DNA from: Gloeobacterales cyanobacterium
GTDB taxonomy: Bacteria > Cyanobacteriota > Cyanobacteriia > Gloeobacterales > PMM-0068
DNA length: 64,000 nucleotides
NCBI GenBank assembly: GCA_038245785.1
Contig: JBBRSB010000004.1
Coordinates: forward strand, 64,001 to 128,000
Direction of reading: 5' to 3'
This document shows, piece after piece, positions 50,347-59,764 of this stretch; the first letter of the stretch is position 1, and each line of letters starts with the position of its first letter. The notes beneath the pieces were generated by a model. The model did not search any database and was not told where the DNA came from. It saw nothing but the letters and a program-made list of their open reading frames with translations. The position numbers and the translations under genes are program-made.

Positions 50347-52182
50347 ATGCTAACTTTGCTGCTTCAAGACGCTGAACGCCTTATTCTAAGAATGTCTGAA
50401 CTCCCCACAGGCCCTGGGGTGTATTTGATGAAAGACCTTGACGGGAAGGTGATCTATATTGGCAAGGCCAAAAATCTGCGCAATAGAGTGCGGACCTATT
50501 TTCAGGCAGGCACGGATCACTCACCGAAAACCCAGATTATGGTCCAGCAGGTAGCGGATGTTGAACTGATTCTTACCGACACTGAAGCTGAAGCCCTGAC
50601 CCTGGAAGAGAACCTGGTTAAAGACCGTCAGCCTCGATACAACATTCTGCTCAAAGACGACAAGCAGTATCCATTTCTCTGCATCACCTGGTCAGAAGAA
50701 TATCCTCGAATTCTCGTGTGTCGGCCCAGAGGCTACCGTAATCCCAAAGATAAATATTTTGGCCCCTATGTCGACGCTGGGGCTCTCCACGAAACCGTTA
50801 GATTCCTTAAACGGGCCTTTCCCCTGCGACAGCGCCCAAACCCTGTTTTCAAAGACCGCCCCTGCATCAATTACGACATGGGCCGTTGTCCAGGTATCTG
50901 TCAACAGCTGATTAGCCCGGAAGATTATCGAAAAACGATAGAGGAGGCACAACAGGTGATTCAGGGCAAAACCGATGAATTGGTGCAAGCCCTTGAAGTC
51001 CGTATGGCCGATGCTGCCGAAGAACTCCATTTTGAAGCCGCCGCCAGATTCAGAGACCAAATTCAAAACTTAGAAATGCTCTCAGAACGGCAAAAAATGT
51101 CGATTCCTGACCCTGGAATTTCACGCGATGCTGTGGCTCTGGCTGCCGATAGCTATCGGGTCGTCGTCCAGATCTTTCAGGTGCGCAAAGGTAAGCTGAT
51201 TGGCCGCTTGGGATTCTGTTTCCAGGCTACCCAGGAAGAACCCGGTCCTCTCTTGCAAACAGTTTTAGAACAGCATTACCGTAGCCTAGACCCAGAGGAT
51301 TTACCCTTAGAGATTCTCACACAATATGAATTACCCACACCCGAACTTTTAGAAGCCTGGCTGAGTGAGAGCAGAGGCCGTAAGGTCACGATTAAAGCGC
51401 CGCAACGCCAGATGAAAGCAGAACTGATTGATCTGGTTGTTCGCAATGCAGAACTAGAATTGCAGCGGCTGGCTCGTAGTTCTGATATCCCGCAACAGGC
51501 CCTTGTCCGTTTGATGGAAGCGCTGGAGCTGCCCAGTCCTCCCCAACGCTTGGAGTGCTATGACATTTCTCATATCCAGGGTACCGATACGGTCGCTTCT
51601 AGAGTGGTATTCGTGAATGGCAAACCGAGCAAAGCCCACTATCGTCGCTATAAGATCCGAGACCCTAAAATTCAAGCAGGTCAGCCCGATGATTTTGCTT
51701 CGATGGCGGAAGTGATTGGCCGGAGATTCAAACCCAATCAAGCGGAGGAACTGCCTGATTTAGTTGTGATTGATGGTGGCAAAGGACAGCTATCAGCGGC
51801 CCGTGCGGTGATGGAAGAACTCGGCGTAGACCACGTACCGACCATTGGCTTAGCAAAACGGATTGAAGAAATTTTCAAGCCTCAGCAATTAAAGCCGATT
51901 CTCCTCGACCACCGAGATGTGGGCTTACAGCTACTCCAGCAAATCCGGGATGAAGCCCACCGCTTTGCGATTACCTATCATCGCAACCTCAGAGGCAAAC
52001 GAATGACGACCTCTGCCCTGGATGAAATTCCTGGGTTAGGTCCTAGCCGCAAAGATAGCTTACTCAAACAATTTTCTTCTGTTCCTAAACTGCGCAAAGC
52101 CAGCGTAGAAGAGATTGCAGAAGTACCTGGAATTCATCAAAAGTTAGCACAGGTTATTTATAGTCACCTGCATTTGAGCTAA
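50347..52182 (+). CDS. uvrC: excinuclease ABC subunit C
   Basis: GIY-YIG PGVYLM..YIGKAKNLR, ECYDISH, DGGKGQL, RDEAHRFA, HhH. Confidence 0.97.
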   Translation: MLTLLLQDAERLILRMSELPTGPGVYLMKDLDGKVIYIGKAKNLRNRVRTYFQAGTDHSPKTQIMVQQVADVELILTDTEAEALTLEENLVKDRQPRYNILLKDDKQYPFLCITWSEEYPRILVCRPRGYRNPKDKYFGPYVDAGALHETVRFLKRAFPLRQRPNPVFKDRPCINYDMGRCPGICQQLISPEDYRKTIEEAQQVIQGKTDELVQALEVRMADAAEELHFEAAARFRDQIQNLEMLSERQKMSIPDPGISRDAVALAADSYRVVVQIFQVRKGKLIGRLGFCFQATQEEPGPLLQTVLEQHYRSLDPEDLPLEILTQYELPTPELLEAWLSESRGRKVTIKAPQRQMKAELIDLVVRNAELELQRLARSSDIPQQALVRLMEALELPSPPQRLECYDISHIQGTDTVASRVVFVNGKPSKAHYRRYKIRDPKIQAGQPDDFASMAEVIGRRFKPNQAEELPDLVVIDGGKGQLSAARAVMEELGVDHVPTIGLAKRIEEIFKPQQLKPILLDHRDVGLQLLQQIRDEAHRFAITYHRNLRGKRMTTSALDEIPGLGPSRKDSLLKQFSSVPKLRKASVEEIAEVPGIHQKLAQVIYSHLHLS

Positions 52183-52316
52183 AACCTCCAACTTTAGCTA
52201 CATATCCGACTACCTATTTCAGATTTTGGATAAAGACTCAGGGGAAAGGACTTCTTTGATCTAAAAACGACTGGCGCATATCTAGCAGCTTGGTGTGATT
52301 AGGTTGTTGATTAGCT

Positions 52317-52658
52317 CTAAAAATTCGGTTTTTTGATACGAATAAGTTGATCTTCAAAAGATGGAGTTATGCGGAGGACTTCATGGAGCTGAGCAGCGTA
52401 GTTTTCAAAATCTCTATCTGCAGTGCAGACAATGATCCCCTTGTGAGGGCTCCCTTGCTAATGCAGCTTGATAAAATCTTTCCGGTTTTCGGTAATCACT
52501 AATCTATCTTGCTCAAAAGCAAACAGAAGAACTTGATCATCAGGGAGCTGTTGATTGGCTTGTTCAGCTTCATAAGAGGTCAAAATATCGTAGCCCAGTT
52601 TTCGAAGTATTAAAACGACAGGTTTGGGGAAATTCTCATTGGCATACAGCTTCATCAT
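52317..52658 (-). pseudogene. DUF5615 PIN-like toxin with in-frame TAG at 52458-52460
   Basis: MKLYANENFP...DDQVL.FA...ITENRKDF.KLH*QGSPHKGIIVCT continues in frame to TAG at 52317. Confidence 0.8.
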
Positions 52659-52900
52659 GCTGCTTCATTATCAGCAATATCTTGGTCAATCTCATCCCGA
52701 TGTTTTTCATAGTAATGCCACGCACCGTCTAAATCGACCTGGTTAAGCGTGGGATAGCTATCTAACAGTTCTTGATCAGAAGATCCTAGATTGTGATAGG
52801 CAACCAACGTCCAGACTGGAATGCGGGTGTTGCGGACTCTGGCCCGACCCCCACAAACTCCTTCGGCATGTTCGATCCAGGTTTTAACTTGGCTAACCAT
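52655..52900 (-). CDS. DUF433 antitoxin-like protein
   Basis: GVCGGRARVRNTRIPVW, ELLDSYPTL. Confidence 0.9.
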   Translation of the reverse strand: MVSQVKTWIEHAEGVCGGRARVRNTRIPVWTLVAYHNLGSSDQELLDSYPTLNQVDLDGAWHYYEKHRDEIDQDIADNEAA

Positions 52901-53045
52901 TGATGCTCTAATCCTAGTCTCAGCATTCCACAAATTCAACTTTTCCCTACTGCTGTTGTACTTTCTGACTACGCAAATCCCTATACGTTGTTTTGTGCAC
53001 TCTTTTGGCTTGATTAATAGGTGTAAATGGGTGTATTAATGGCGA

Positions 53046-54095
53046 ATGATTGTTACGTCGTCACTTCAGATCACCCCTGAGCTGCTCGCACTCGTTGCCG
53101 AGGTTGATGAATTTAAGGGGGCGTGGCGAGCTTTGGGGACGCTTGCGCCCGAACGACTGTCCGCTCTGCGTCGTGTTGCAACCATTGAGAGCATCGGATC
53201 ATCCACCCGAATTGAGGGCAGTCGCCTTTCAGATCGTGAGGTAGAGCGCCTTCTAGGAAACCTGGAGATCAAGACTTTTGCTTCGCGGGACGAACAGGAA
53301 GTCGCTGGTTACGCTGAGGTGATGGAAACCATTTTTTCTGCCTGGGTCGCAATACCGATTACAGAGAGTCACATCCTGCAGCTTCATCGAGATCTTCTCA
53401 AGTACAGCAATAAAGATGAATGGCATCGGGATAAATACAAGACTTCTTCCAACAGCGTTGCTGCGTTCGATGAGGTTGGTCAGCAGGTTGGTATAGTCTT
53501 TGAAACGGCAACACCGTTTGAAACGCCAAGACTGATGGAAGAGTTGGTTATTTGGTTTAATGAAACGATTCAGCAGCGATCGCTACATCCGCTGATCGCG
53601 ATAGGGGTTTTCGTCGTTGTATTCTTGGAGATTCACCCCTTTCAAGATGGAAACGGTCGCCTGAGCCGCGTTCTGACGATGCTACTTCTGCTTCAGGCAG
53701 GTTACGCCTACGTACCGTACAGTTCCCTCGAAAGCGTCATCGAACAGAGTAAGGAGAGCTACTACCTTGCTTTACGTCGCACTCAAGGCACCATCCGTAG
53801 CGATGCGCCCAACTGGCTTCCCTGGTTGCTCTTTTTTTTGAAGGCGCTGTACCGTCAGATGCAAATTCTTCGAACTAAGGTCGAACGGGAAAAGATGCTC
53901 CTGACGAATCTGTCTGATCTATCGATTCAGATTCTGGACGCTCTCAAAGATCGCGGGCGCATCACTATTGGCGAGGCGGTCATAATTACGGGTGCCAATC
54001 GCAACACGCTAAAGCCGCATTTCAAGAATCTGCTCGAAAAGGGCTTTATCGAACTCCACGGAAGATGGCGAGGTGCTGGGTATCGCCTCCTATAA
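53046..54095 (+). CDS. Fic family protein
   Basis: HPFQDGNGRLSR; SSTRIEG inhibitory-type motif; C-terminal HTH. Confidence 0.93.
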   Translation: MIVTSSLQITPELLALVAEVDEFKGAWRALGTLAPERLSALRRVATIESIGSSTRIEGSRLSDREVERLLGNLEIKTFASRDEQEVAGYAEVMETIFSAWVAIPITESHILQLHRDLLKYSNKDEWHRDKYKTSSNSVAAFDEVGQQVGIVFETATPFETPRLMEELVIWFNETIQQRSLHPLIAIGVFVVVFLEIHPFQDGNGRLSRVLTMLLLLQAGYAYVPYSSLESVIEQSKESYYLALRRTQGTIRSDAPNWLPWLLFFLKALYRQMQILRTKVEREKMLLTNLSDLSIQILDALKDRGRITIGEAVIITGANRNTLKPHFKNLLEKGFIELHGRWRGAGYRLL

Positions 54096-54144
54096 GTTTT
54101 AACGGCATATTTTGTTATTCTTTCTGGCCTTTAAGAGACTTCTT

Positions 54145-54162
54145 GCCCCCCTGCCCCCCAAC
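54145..54162 (+). repeat. truncated copy of the GC hairpin repeat, abutting the IS3 end
   Basis: GCCCCCCTGCCCCCCAAC directly followed by the IS terminal TGACC. Confidence 0.75.
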
Positions 54163-54193
54163 TGACCTTACCCGAAAAAAGTGGACAGGTAAG

Positions 54194-55020
54194 TTAAGCT
54201 GCCACCTGATGCTCTAGGGTGAGCCAGTATTCCTCCTCAAACTGAACAGGGGAACGGTATCCAATCGTCGAGTGTAGGCGCTGTCGATTGTAGAATACCT
54301 CAATCCATTCCGCGATGGTCGTTCTGGCGATGGCTCTTGAGGAGAAAATTCTGGGATGAATCAACTCAGTTTTGAGAGTGCCAAAAAAGCTTTCAGCTAC
54401 GGAATTATCCCAGCAATTGGCTCGACGGCTCATACTACAGGTTATCCCAGCCTTTTGGAGAGCGGCTTGATAGTCGCCACTGCCCGGTCAGAATGAAAGA
54501 TTAACCCGGCTGGTGAGGGTATGCGCTGCCCCAAGGCTGAATCTAAAGCTGTCAAGACCAATTCTGTACGCATATGCTCAGCCATGGACCAACCTACCAC
54601 CCGTCGGGAGAACAGGTCGATAATGACGGCCAAGTAAAGCCATCCTTCAGCCGTCCAAATATAGGTTATGTCTGCCACCCAGACCCGGTCGGGCTCAGTC
54701 GTTGTAAAGTCCCTATCCAAAACATTCTCAGCAATGGGTAAGTCGTGCCCAGAATCGGTCGTGACCTTGAATCTGCGCTTGGGACGAGCGCAAATACCGA
54801 GTTGTGCCATTAACCGAACGACCCGTTGGCGACCAAGCTGAAATCCGGTAGCGACTAAAGCCGCGTGAATTCTGGGAGAGCCATAGGTTTGACGACTCGC
54901 TTGGTGAATCTGTTTAATCTGTTGAGACAAGATTTCATTCTCCTGAGTTTTGGGGGATGCTTTGCACTTGAACCAGGCGTAATAGCCACTCCTGGCCAGA
55001 TTAAGCACCTTACACATCAA
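54194..55020 (-). pseudogene. IS3 OrfB DDE transposase, frameshifted after HSDR
   Basis: [21 protein letters not shown] then shift; downstream frame [31 protein letters not shown]. Confidence 0.85.
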
Positions 55021-55083
55021 GGCAATGGGAAAGTTAACCTTCTCTGCATGGATTAGCTCATAGGGTCTGAGTTTTCCTTGGCA

Positions 55084-55383
55084 CTAGAGCGAAGCTCGTG
55101 CGCAGCAGAAGGTCGCGGCCTTTTTTAGAAAGTCACGCTCCATTTGAACCCGCTTCAGGTCGCGGCGTAAGGCTATCAGTTCTTTACGTTCAGCAGAAGT
55201 CAGTTGCTCTTGCGGGTTTAATTGATGGTCCACCTGGGCTCGTTTGACCCATTGTCGGAGGGCGCTTTCGGTCAGACCCATTTCTTTGGCAACTTGGCTG
55301 ACGGGTTTGCCAGATTGAGTGACGATGCGAACTGCCTCAGCTTTCTGTTCGTCTGTAAATATCCTGCGCGGTTTTTTACTCAT
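55084..55383 (-). CDS. IS3 OrfA
   Basis: FTDEQKAEAV..VSQVAKEMG..LRQWV...ERDFLKKAATF. Confidence 0.9.
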   Translation of the reverse strand: MSKKPRRIFTDEQKAEAVRIVTQSGKPVSQVAKEMGLTESALRQWVKRAQVDHQLNPQEQLTSAERKELIALRRDLKRVQMERDFLKKAATFCCARASL

Positions 55384-55443
55384 GTGAACATTCTCCTAAG
55401 TTATCGACTCTTCGGGAATGTCTACTAAATCGGGGGAAGGTCA

Positions 55444-55643
55444 ACGGGGTCGCAAGAGCTACTTGGCAACAATTTAGCCAGGTTCGCTGTGCTGTCATCC
55501 GCCCCCTCTGCGACTATGCTGATGCCAGCAAAAACGATCAATGGCATCCCTACGCTGCTGCTGTCGCGGCAGGATTTACCAAAGCCTTCCTGCTCGACGA
55601 ACCTCTTAAGCCGAGAAACCGACCCGGAGACTACCAAGTCTGA
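55444..55643 (+). pseudogene. 3' fragment of a nucleoside phosphorylase (PNP/MTAN-like) domain gene
   Basis: Hand translation GVARATWQQFSQVRCAVIRPLCDYADASKNDQWHPYAAAVAAGFTKAFL; 5' part lost at the IS end. Confidence 0.7.
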
Positions 55644-55675
55644 AGATAAATCTCCCCACACTCAAACGCTCAGAA

Positions 55676-55702
55676 CCCCCCAGAATTGGGGGGCAGGGGG
55701 GC
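55676..55702 (-). repeat. GC hairpin repeat, inverted relative to the 54145 copy
   Basis: Reverse complement GCCCCCCTGCCCCCCAATTCTGGGGGG; 2 nt after the stop of 55705-56823. Confidence 0.85.
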
Positions 55703-55704
55703 GA

Positions 55705-56823
55705 TTACACCCGTAGAAAGATTTGTCGTTCATAGAGATAGCGTAAAACCAACCATTTTAAAAAGAGAATTCCAGCAGCCAGAATAACGGCTTCAGCGGG
55801 AAAGGCCAGTCTTGCTAAACCACCGAAGAAGAACTTGCTAGTGAAGGCAAAATCAATAAATTCCTGTACGACGTAGATAGTAATAGAGTTCATACCAATT
55901 ACAATAAAGAAGAAAGCCCAACTTCGCCAGCCACGAACATCGATCAGATAATAGAACACAGCTAAAAGGGCTAAACTCCATCCGCCCGCGACGAGAACAT
56001 AGGAACTGGTCCAGAGATTTTTGATGATTGGAAAAAATAGTCCCCATAGATAACCAATGACAAGACAAACAATAGCCCCAGCTCTTAGTCCACGCATTTT
56101 GGCCTGAGGAGAACGCTTTGAGCGCAACCATTGTCCCGTTAATACGCCCAGGAACGTGGTGCTGACGGCCGGGATCGTTGAAAGAAGCCCTTCGTTATCT
56201 CCGTAATAGTTGGAATAAGGATGGCAACAAAACTGCCCTGGAATCAAGAGACGGTCAATGTAGCCAGCCAAATTTCCCTGCATAGAAAAATCTCCAGCCC
56301 GATAACCAGGGGCCGGAATCCAAGCGAGTAATGCCCAATATCCCAGCAGCAAACTCACCATCACAATCGCTTGCCCTCGGACTTTCAAATTCAGGACTAC
56401 AAGCGCTGTTACAAAATAGCAAATACCAATCCGCTGGAGGACTCCAGGCCAGCGGAACTCTTGGAAATCAAACTGGAGAATACCGCCAACGATCCAGCCC
56501 AATCCGATAAGCGCCAAGGCGCGAATAGCGATTCGACGATAGGCTGGAGCACGGTCCACTTCGGCCGTAGCGTATTGAGCTAGGGAAAAGGGCAACACTA
56601 CGCCAACAATGAATAGAAACAGGGGAAAAATCAGGTCATAGGAATGGAACCCTTCCCATTCAACATGTTTCATTTGCTCTGTCAGCAGCGGCCACTGTAA
56701 CCACCCGGCTAATGCTTTGAAAAGCACATCTCCGCCGATGATCCAGAACATATCAAAACCACGGAGCGCATCAATGGACCGAACACGGGCAGTACGAAAT
56801 TTAGGGACTTCCAATTCTTGCAT
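55705..56823 (-). CDS. heparan-alpha-glucosaminide N-acetyltransferase-like membrane protein (NagX/DUF5009)
   Basis: SIDALRGFDM, DLIFPLFLFIVG, GVLQRIG, EGLLSTIPA, PIIKNLWTSSY, GMNSI. Confidence 0.88.
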   Translation of the reverse strand: MQELEVPKFRTARVRSIDALRGFDMFWIIGGDVLFKALAGWLQWPLLTEQMKHVEWEGFHSYDLIFPLFLFIVGVVLPFSLAQYATAEVDRAPAYRRIAIRALALIGLGWIVGGILQFDFQEFRWPGVLQRIGICYFVTALVVLNLKVRGQAIVMVSLLLGYWALLAWIPAPGYRAGDFSMQGNLAGYIDRLLIPGQFCCHPYSNYYGDNEGLLSTIPAVSTTFLGVLTGQWLRSKRSPQAKMRGLRAGAIVCLVIGYLWGLFFPIIKNLWTSSYVLVAGGWSLALLAVFYYLIDVRGWRSWAFFFIVIGMNSITIYVVQEFIDFAFTSKFFFGGLARLAFPAEAVILAAGILFLKWLVLRYLYERQIFLRV

Positions 56824-56983
56824 GGTGATCTACCACAAAGGATGAACACTCAGTTTCGTAGTGAGCGATGCCAGAGAATCTATGAATGCCATAGGCCACC
56901 TAGATGGAGGCAGCGTAACACAACAATCGGTTACACGCTAAAGATTAAGGAGGTGAAGGCAGAAACAAAACATATAGATCTAT

Positions 56984-57397
56984 TCAGTCTCGCAGAAGGG
57001 AACAGTACCCCATCTGCTGGAAGACTTGATTTGTGGTCAAAACATCTTTAAGACCGTACTCTTTCATCACCACGAAGGAAATGCAATCGGTCATGTCCCA
57101 CTGTTTATCTTTATGGTCGCAAAACAGCTTGTATGCAGCATGGTAAATGGATTCCGATAGAGGAATCGTAGCTATATTGGGGTCAGCATCGATGGCCTCT
57201 AATAGGCTAACAGCCTCTGTGTGGTACTGCTGTCTAGAGAGCGCATTGCTTATTCTTACTATTACCAATTGAGTTGTGACTATAAAGATCCCAGCAGCCT
57301 CAATCTGCGCCGCTAGCTGAATCGCTTTTTTATGAAACAGGTCAGATCGATTCACCAAGGCAATAGCAAACGTGGTGTCTAGAAACACCTCAATCAT
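56984..57397 (-). CDS. VapC-like PIN domain protein
   Basis: VFLDT..IAL, D..H..A, TDCISFVVM...G...LT. Confidence 0.88.
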   Translation of the reverse strand: MIEVFLDTTFAIALVNRSDLFHKKAIQLAAQIEAAGIFIVTTQLVIVRISNALSRQQYHTEAVSLLEAIDADPNIATIPLSESIYHAAYKLFCDHKDKQWDMTDCISFVVMKEYGLKDVLTTNQVFQQMGYCSLLRD

Positions 57398-57629
57398 GAG
57401 ACTTTACTCCCTCACCATATAAGTAATGCTGGATATTGGTTGACCAGTCTGTTGGCCCTTGTAACTGAAGAGCTTGAGCCGTCTGCAGGAATGAACGAAG
57501 TTTAGCTGGCTCAGTAGACTCGATAGCTTCAATGGTAATGCGCACTCTGGTTCCTTTCTTAAGTTCCAGAGGTTCTTTAAGGTGCAGCACCGTTCCATCG
57601 AACACTGCTTCTACTATTTTGCCAACCAT
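57390..57629 (-). CDS. antitoxin (AF2212/DUF104-like)
   Basis: VEAVFDGTVL...EPLEL..GTRVRI, GPTDWS.N..HYLYG; overlaps the PIN gene. Confidence 0.85.
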   Translation of the reverse strand: MVGKIVEAVFDGTVLHLKEPLELKKGTRVRITIEAIESTEPAKLRSFLQTAQALQLQGPTDWSTNIQHYLYGEGVKSHD

Positions 57630-57749
57630 TCTTTAATCGTCCGCCTTTGTCCTAAGTATAAGCTTGCCCTATCTTCCACGACTAACAACATCGACTCAAC
57701 CGCTCCCATCGCCTGTTAGAACAACCATGATTTGCCTTGAGACACCCTA

Positions 57750-58049
57750 TTATGCTGTTTTTGGTAGGACTTCTACCTTCACTTGCATTCCTGCTCGCAC
57801 CAGCATATTTATCAACTTATCAACACTAAAACGGCTAATTTCACCATTCATTAAGTTGCTGATTCTTGGTTGTGTCTCTTCAAAAAATTCCGCTGCCTGC
57901 TCCTGAGTCCAACCATTTTCTTGAATAAATTGCCTTATGTCCAGCATCAAATCTGCTCGAATCTTTAGGTTTGCTGCTTCCTCAACATTGAATCCTAAAT
58001 CCTCAAATACATTTTCGCTGCCTTGGGTAATTCTATATTTAGTCATCAC
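57750..58049 (-). CDS. XRE-family HTH protein (HigA-like)
   Basis: NVFEDLGF, TQEQAA....TQPRISNL, FSVDKL. Confidence 0.88.
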   Translation of the reverse strand: MMTKYRITQGSENVFEDLGFNVEEAANLKIRADLMLDIRQFIQENGWTQEQAAEFFEETQPRISNLMNGEISRFSVDKLINMLVRAGMQVKVEVLPKTA

Positions 58050-58052
58050 TTG

Positions 58053-59033
58053 TTATTTCAACCAACCCACAGCATCTTTTGCATGGTAGGTAATCAAAAT
58101 ATCCGCTCCTGCACGTTTCATCGAAAGTAGGGTTTCCAAAACGACTGCTTTTTCGTCAATCCAGCCTAATTGAGCAGCAGCTTTGACCATTGAGTATTCA
58201 CCGGAGACGTTATAGGCTGCAACTGGCAATTGGGTGACTTCTTTGATGCGCCAAATGATGTCGAGATAAGCGAGGGCTGGCTTAACCATCAACATATCAG
58301 CCCCCTCCATTACGTCTAGCTCTACTTCTTTTAGGGCTTCTCGGCTATTGGCAGGGTCCATTTGATAGGTGCGGCGGTCTCCAAACTGAGGAGTAGATTC
58401 GGCAGCTTCGCGAAATGGACCATAGTAGGCAGAAGAGTATTTAGCGGCATAGGAAAGAATAGGCGTATCTGTAAAACCAGCTTCATCCAGTCCACTGCGA
58501 ATAGCCTGAATCATGCCATCCATCATGCCTGAGGGGGCAATCACATCTGCTCCTGCCTCCGCCTGTGAGGCTGCAGTTTTTTTCAACAGTTCTAAGGTCG
58601 GGTCATTCAGCACTTTGCCCTGCTTGTCATCCTCTTTGAGGACGCCACAGTGACCATGAGAGGTATATTCACAAAGGCAGGTATCAGCGATCACGATTAA
58701 GTCAGGGACCGCCGCTTTAATCGCACGGGTGGCATCTTGGACAATGCCATGGTCATGCCAAGCTCCGGTGGCAGCCAAGTCTTTATCTTCGGGAATACCA
58801 AACAGAATCACAGCAGGAATGCCTAAGTCATAGACCTGTTTAGCCTCTTCCACCGCCTTATCAATTGATAGTTGGTAGACCCCAGGCATGGAAGAAACTT
58901 CTTTGGCGAAGCCTTCTCCCGGCACGATAAAGAGCGGATAGACAAAATCACTAGCAGTCAGGCTTGTTTCCCGAACCAAGCGGCGGAGGTTGGGATGCTG
59001 ACGAAGACGGCGGGGACGACTGATGGGAAACAT
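58053..59033 (-). CDS. hemB: porphobilinogen synthase
   Basis: [40 protein letters not shown]. Confidence 0.98.
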   Translation of the reverse strand: MFPISRPRRLRQHPNLRRLVRETSLTASDFVYPLFIVPGEGFAKEVSSMPGVYQLSIDKAVEEAKQVYDLGIPAVILFGIPEDKDLAATGAWHDHGIVQDATRAIKAAVPDLIVIADTCLCEYTSHGHCGVLKEDDKQGKVLNDPTLELLKKTAASQAEAGADVIAPSGMMDGMIQAIRSGLDEAGFTDTPILSYAAKYSSAYYGPFREAAESTPQFGDRRTYQMDPANSREALKEVELDVMEGADMLMVKPALAYLDIIWRIKEVTQLPVAAYNVSGEYSMVKAAAQLGWIDEKAVVLETLLSMKRAGADILITYHAKDAVGWLK

Positions 59034-59113
59034 GGCGTTAATCTTGAGGAGCGCTCGTGTATTATACAGTTCCGCAAATCGTCAAACTTCATAGACTTGA
59101 TGCTATGCAGAAA

Positions 59114-59503
59114 CTACCGCAGGATACGGGCTTCAATGGCCGCAGAGCCTCTCATCCCAATCGCTCTAGCAGCAGCGGGTGATAAATCCAAAAAATAGCG
59201 GGGCGTGTAAGGTCCCCGATCGTTTACACGGACTACGATACTTCTGCCGTTCCTTGGGTTTGTGACTTTAATCATCGTGCCAAAAGGTAGCGTACGGCTA
59301 GCACAGGTAAGTTTATCCACTTGGAAGCTCTCGCCTGAGGCAGTTGGTCTGCCATCGAACTTGTTGGCATAGTAGCTTGCGTGTCCACGCATTACGCTAC
59401 CTGTCTCTTCCAAATTTTCTTTTGCCTGGAGCGGGGAGCTGTACGCATGCGTAAGCATGGCAACGCCCAAGATTGCTGCAGCAAAGCCGCGTAATCTGAC
59501 CAT
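59114..59503 (-). CDS. rlpA: RlpA-family lytic transglycosylase (DPBB)
   Basis: ASYY..GRPTASGE, RTLPFGT, VRVNDRGP, LDLS. Confidence 0.92.
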   Translation of the reverse strand: MVRLRGFAAAILGVAMLTHAYSSPLQAKENLEETGSVMRGHASYYANKFDGRPTASGESFQVDKLTCASRTLPFGTMIKVTNPRNGRSIVVRVNDRGPYTPRYFLDLSPAAARAIGMRGSAAIEARILR

Positions 59504-59764
59504 AATTTATCCTCTGTCTTAGTTTTTGAGTAAACCCAAAATTTGCGTCAGATTACCACGAAAAAATAGTCAGTTCAGGACAATTTTGATACAAAACAAG
59601 AAGCTACTGGGTCATACAAGACCAAAAAACATGGCGCTGACCTTGTTTCCCCATATCTCGCTTATTTATTCAAGGGCGCGCATGTTTATAAAAAAATCAT
59701 GAGAGGGGTAATTTGCCAGAGTGATAGATTAAGCCAAACGTCCTTACTTGAACGAGAGGTCACT

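Larger units (their letters stand above)
54163..55443 (-). mobile_element. IS3-family insertion sequence, damaged
   Basis: Imperfect terminal IRs TGACCTTACCCGAAAAAAGTGGACA / TGACCTTCCCCCGATTTAGTAGACA; orfA-orfB with A6G slip site. Confidence 0.92.

Noticed and set aside
40642..59033. hemF, hemE and hemB as a tetrapyrrole cluster
   Set aside because: They are on different strands and separated by unrelated genes, so not an operon.
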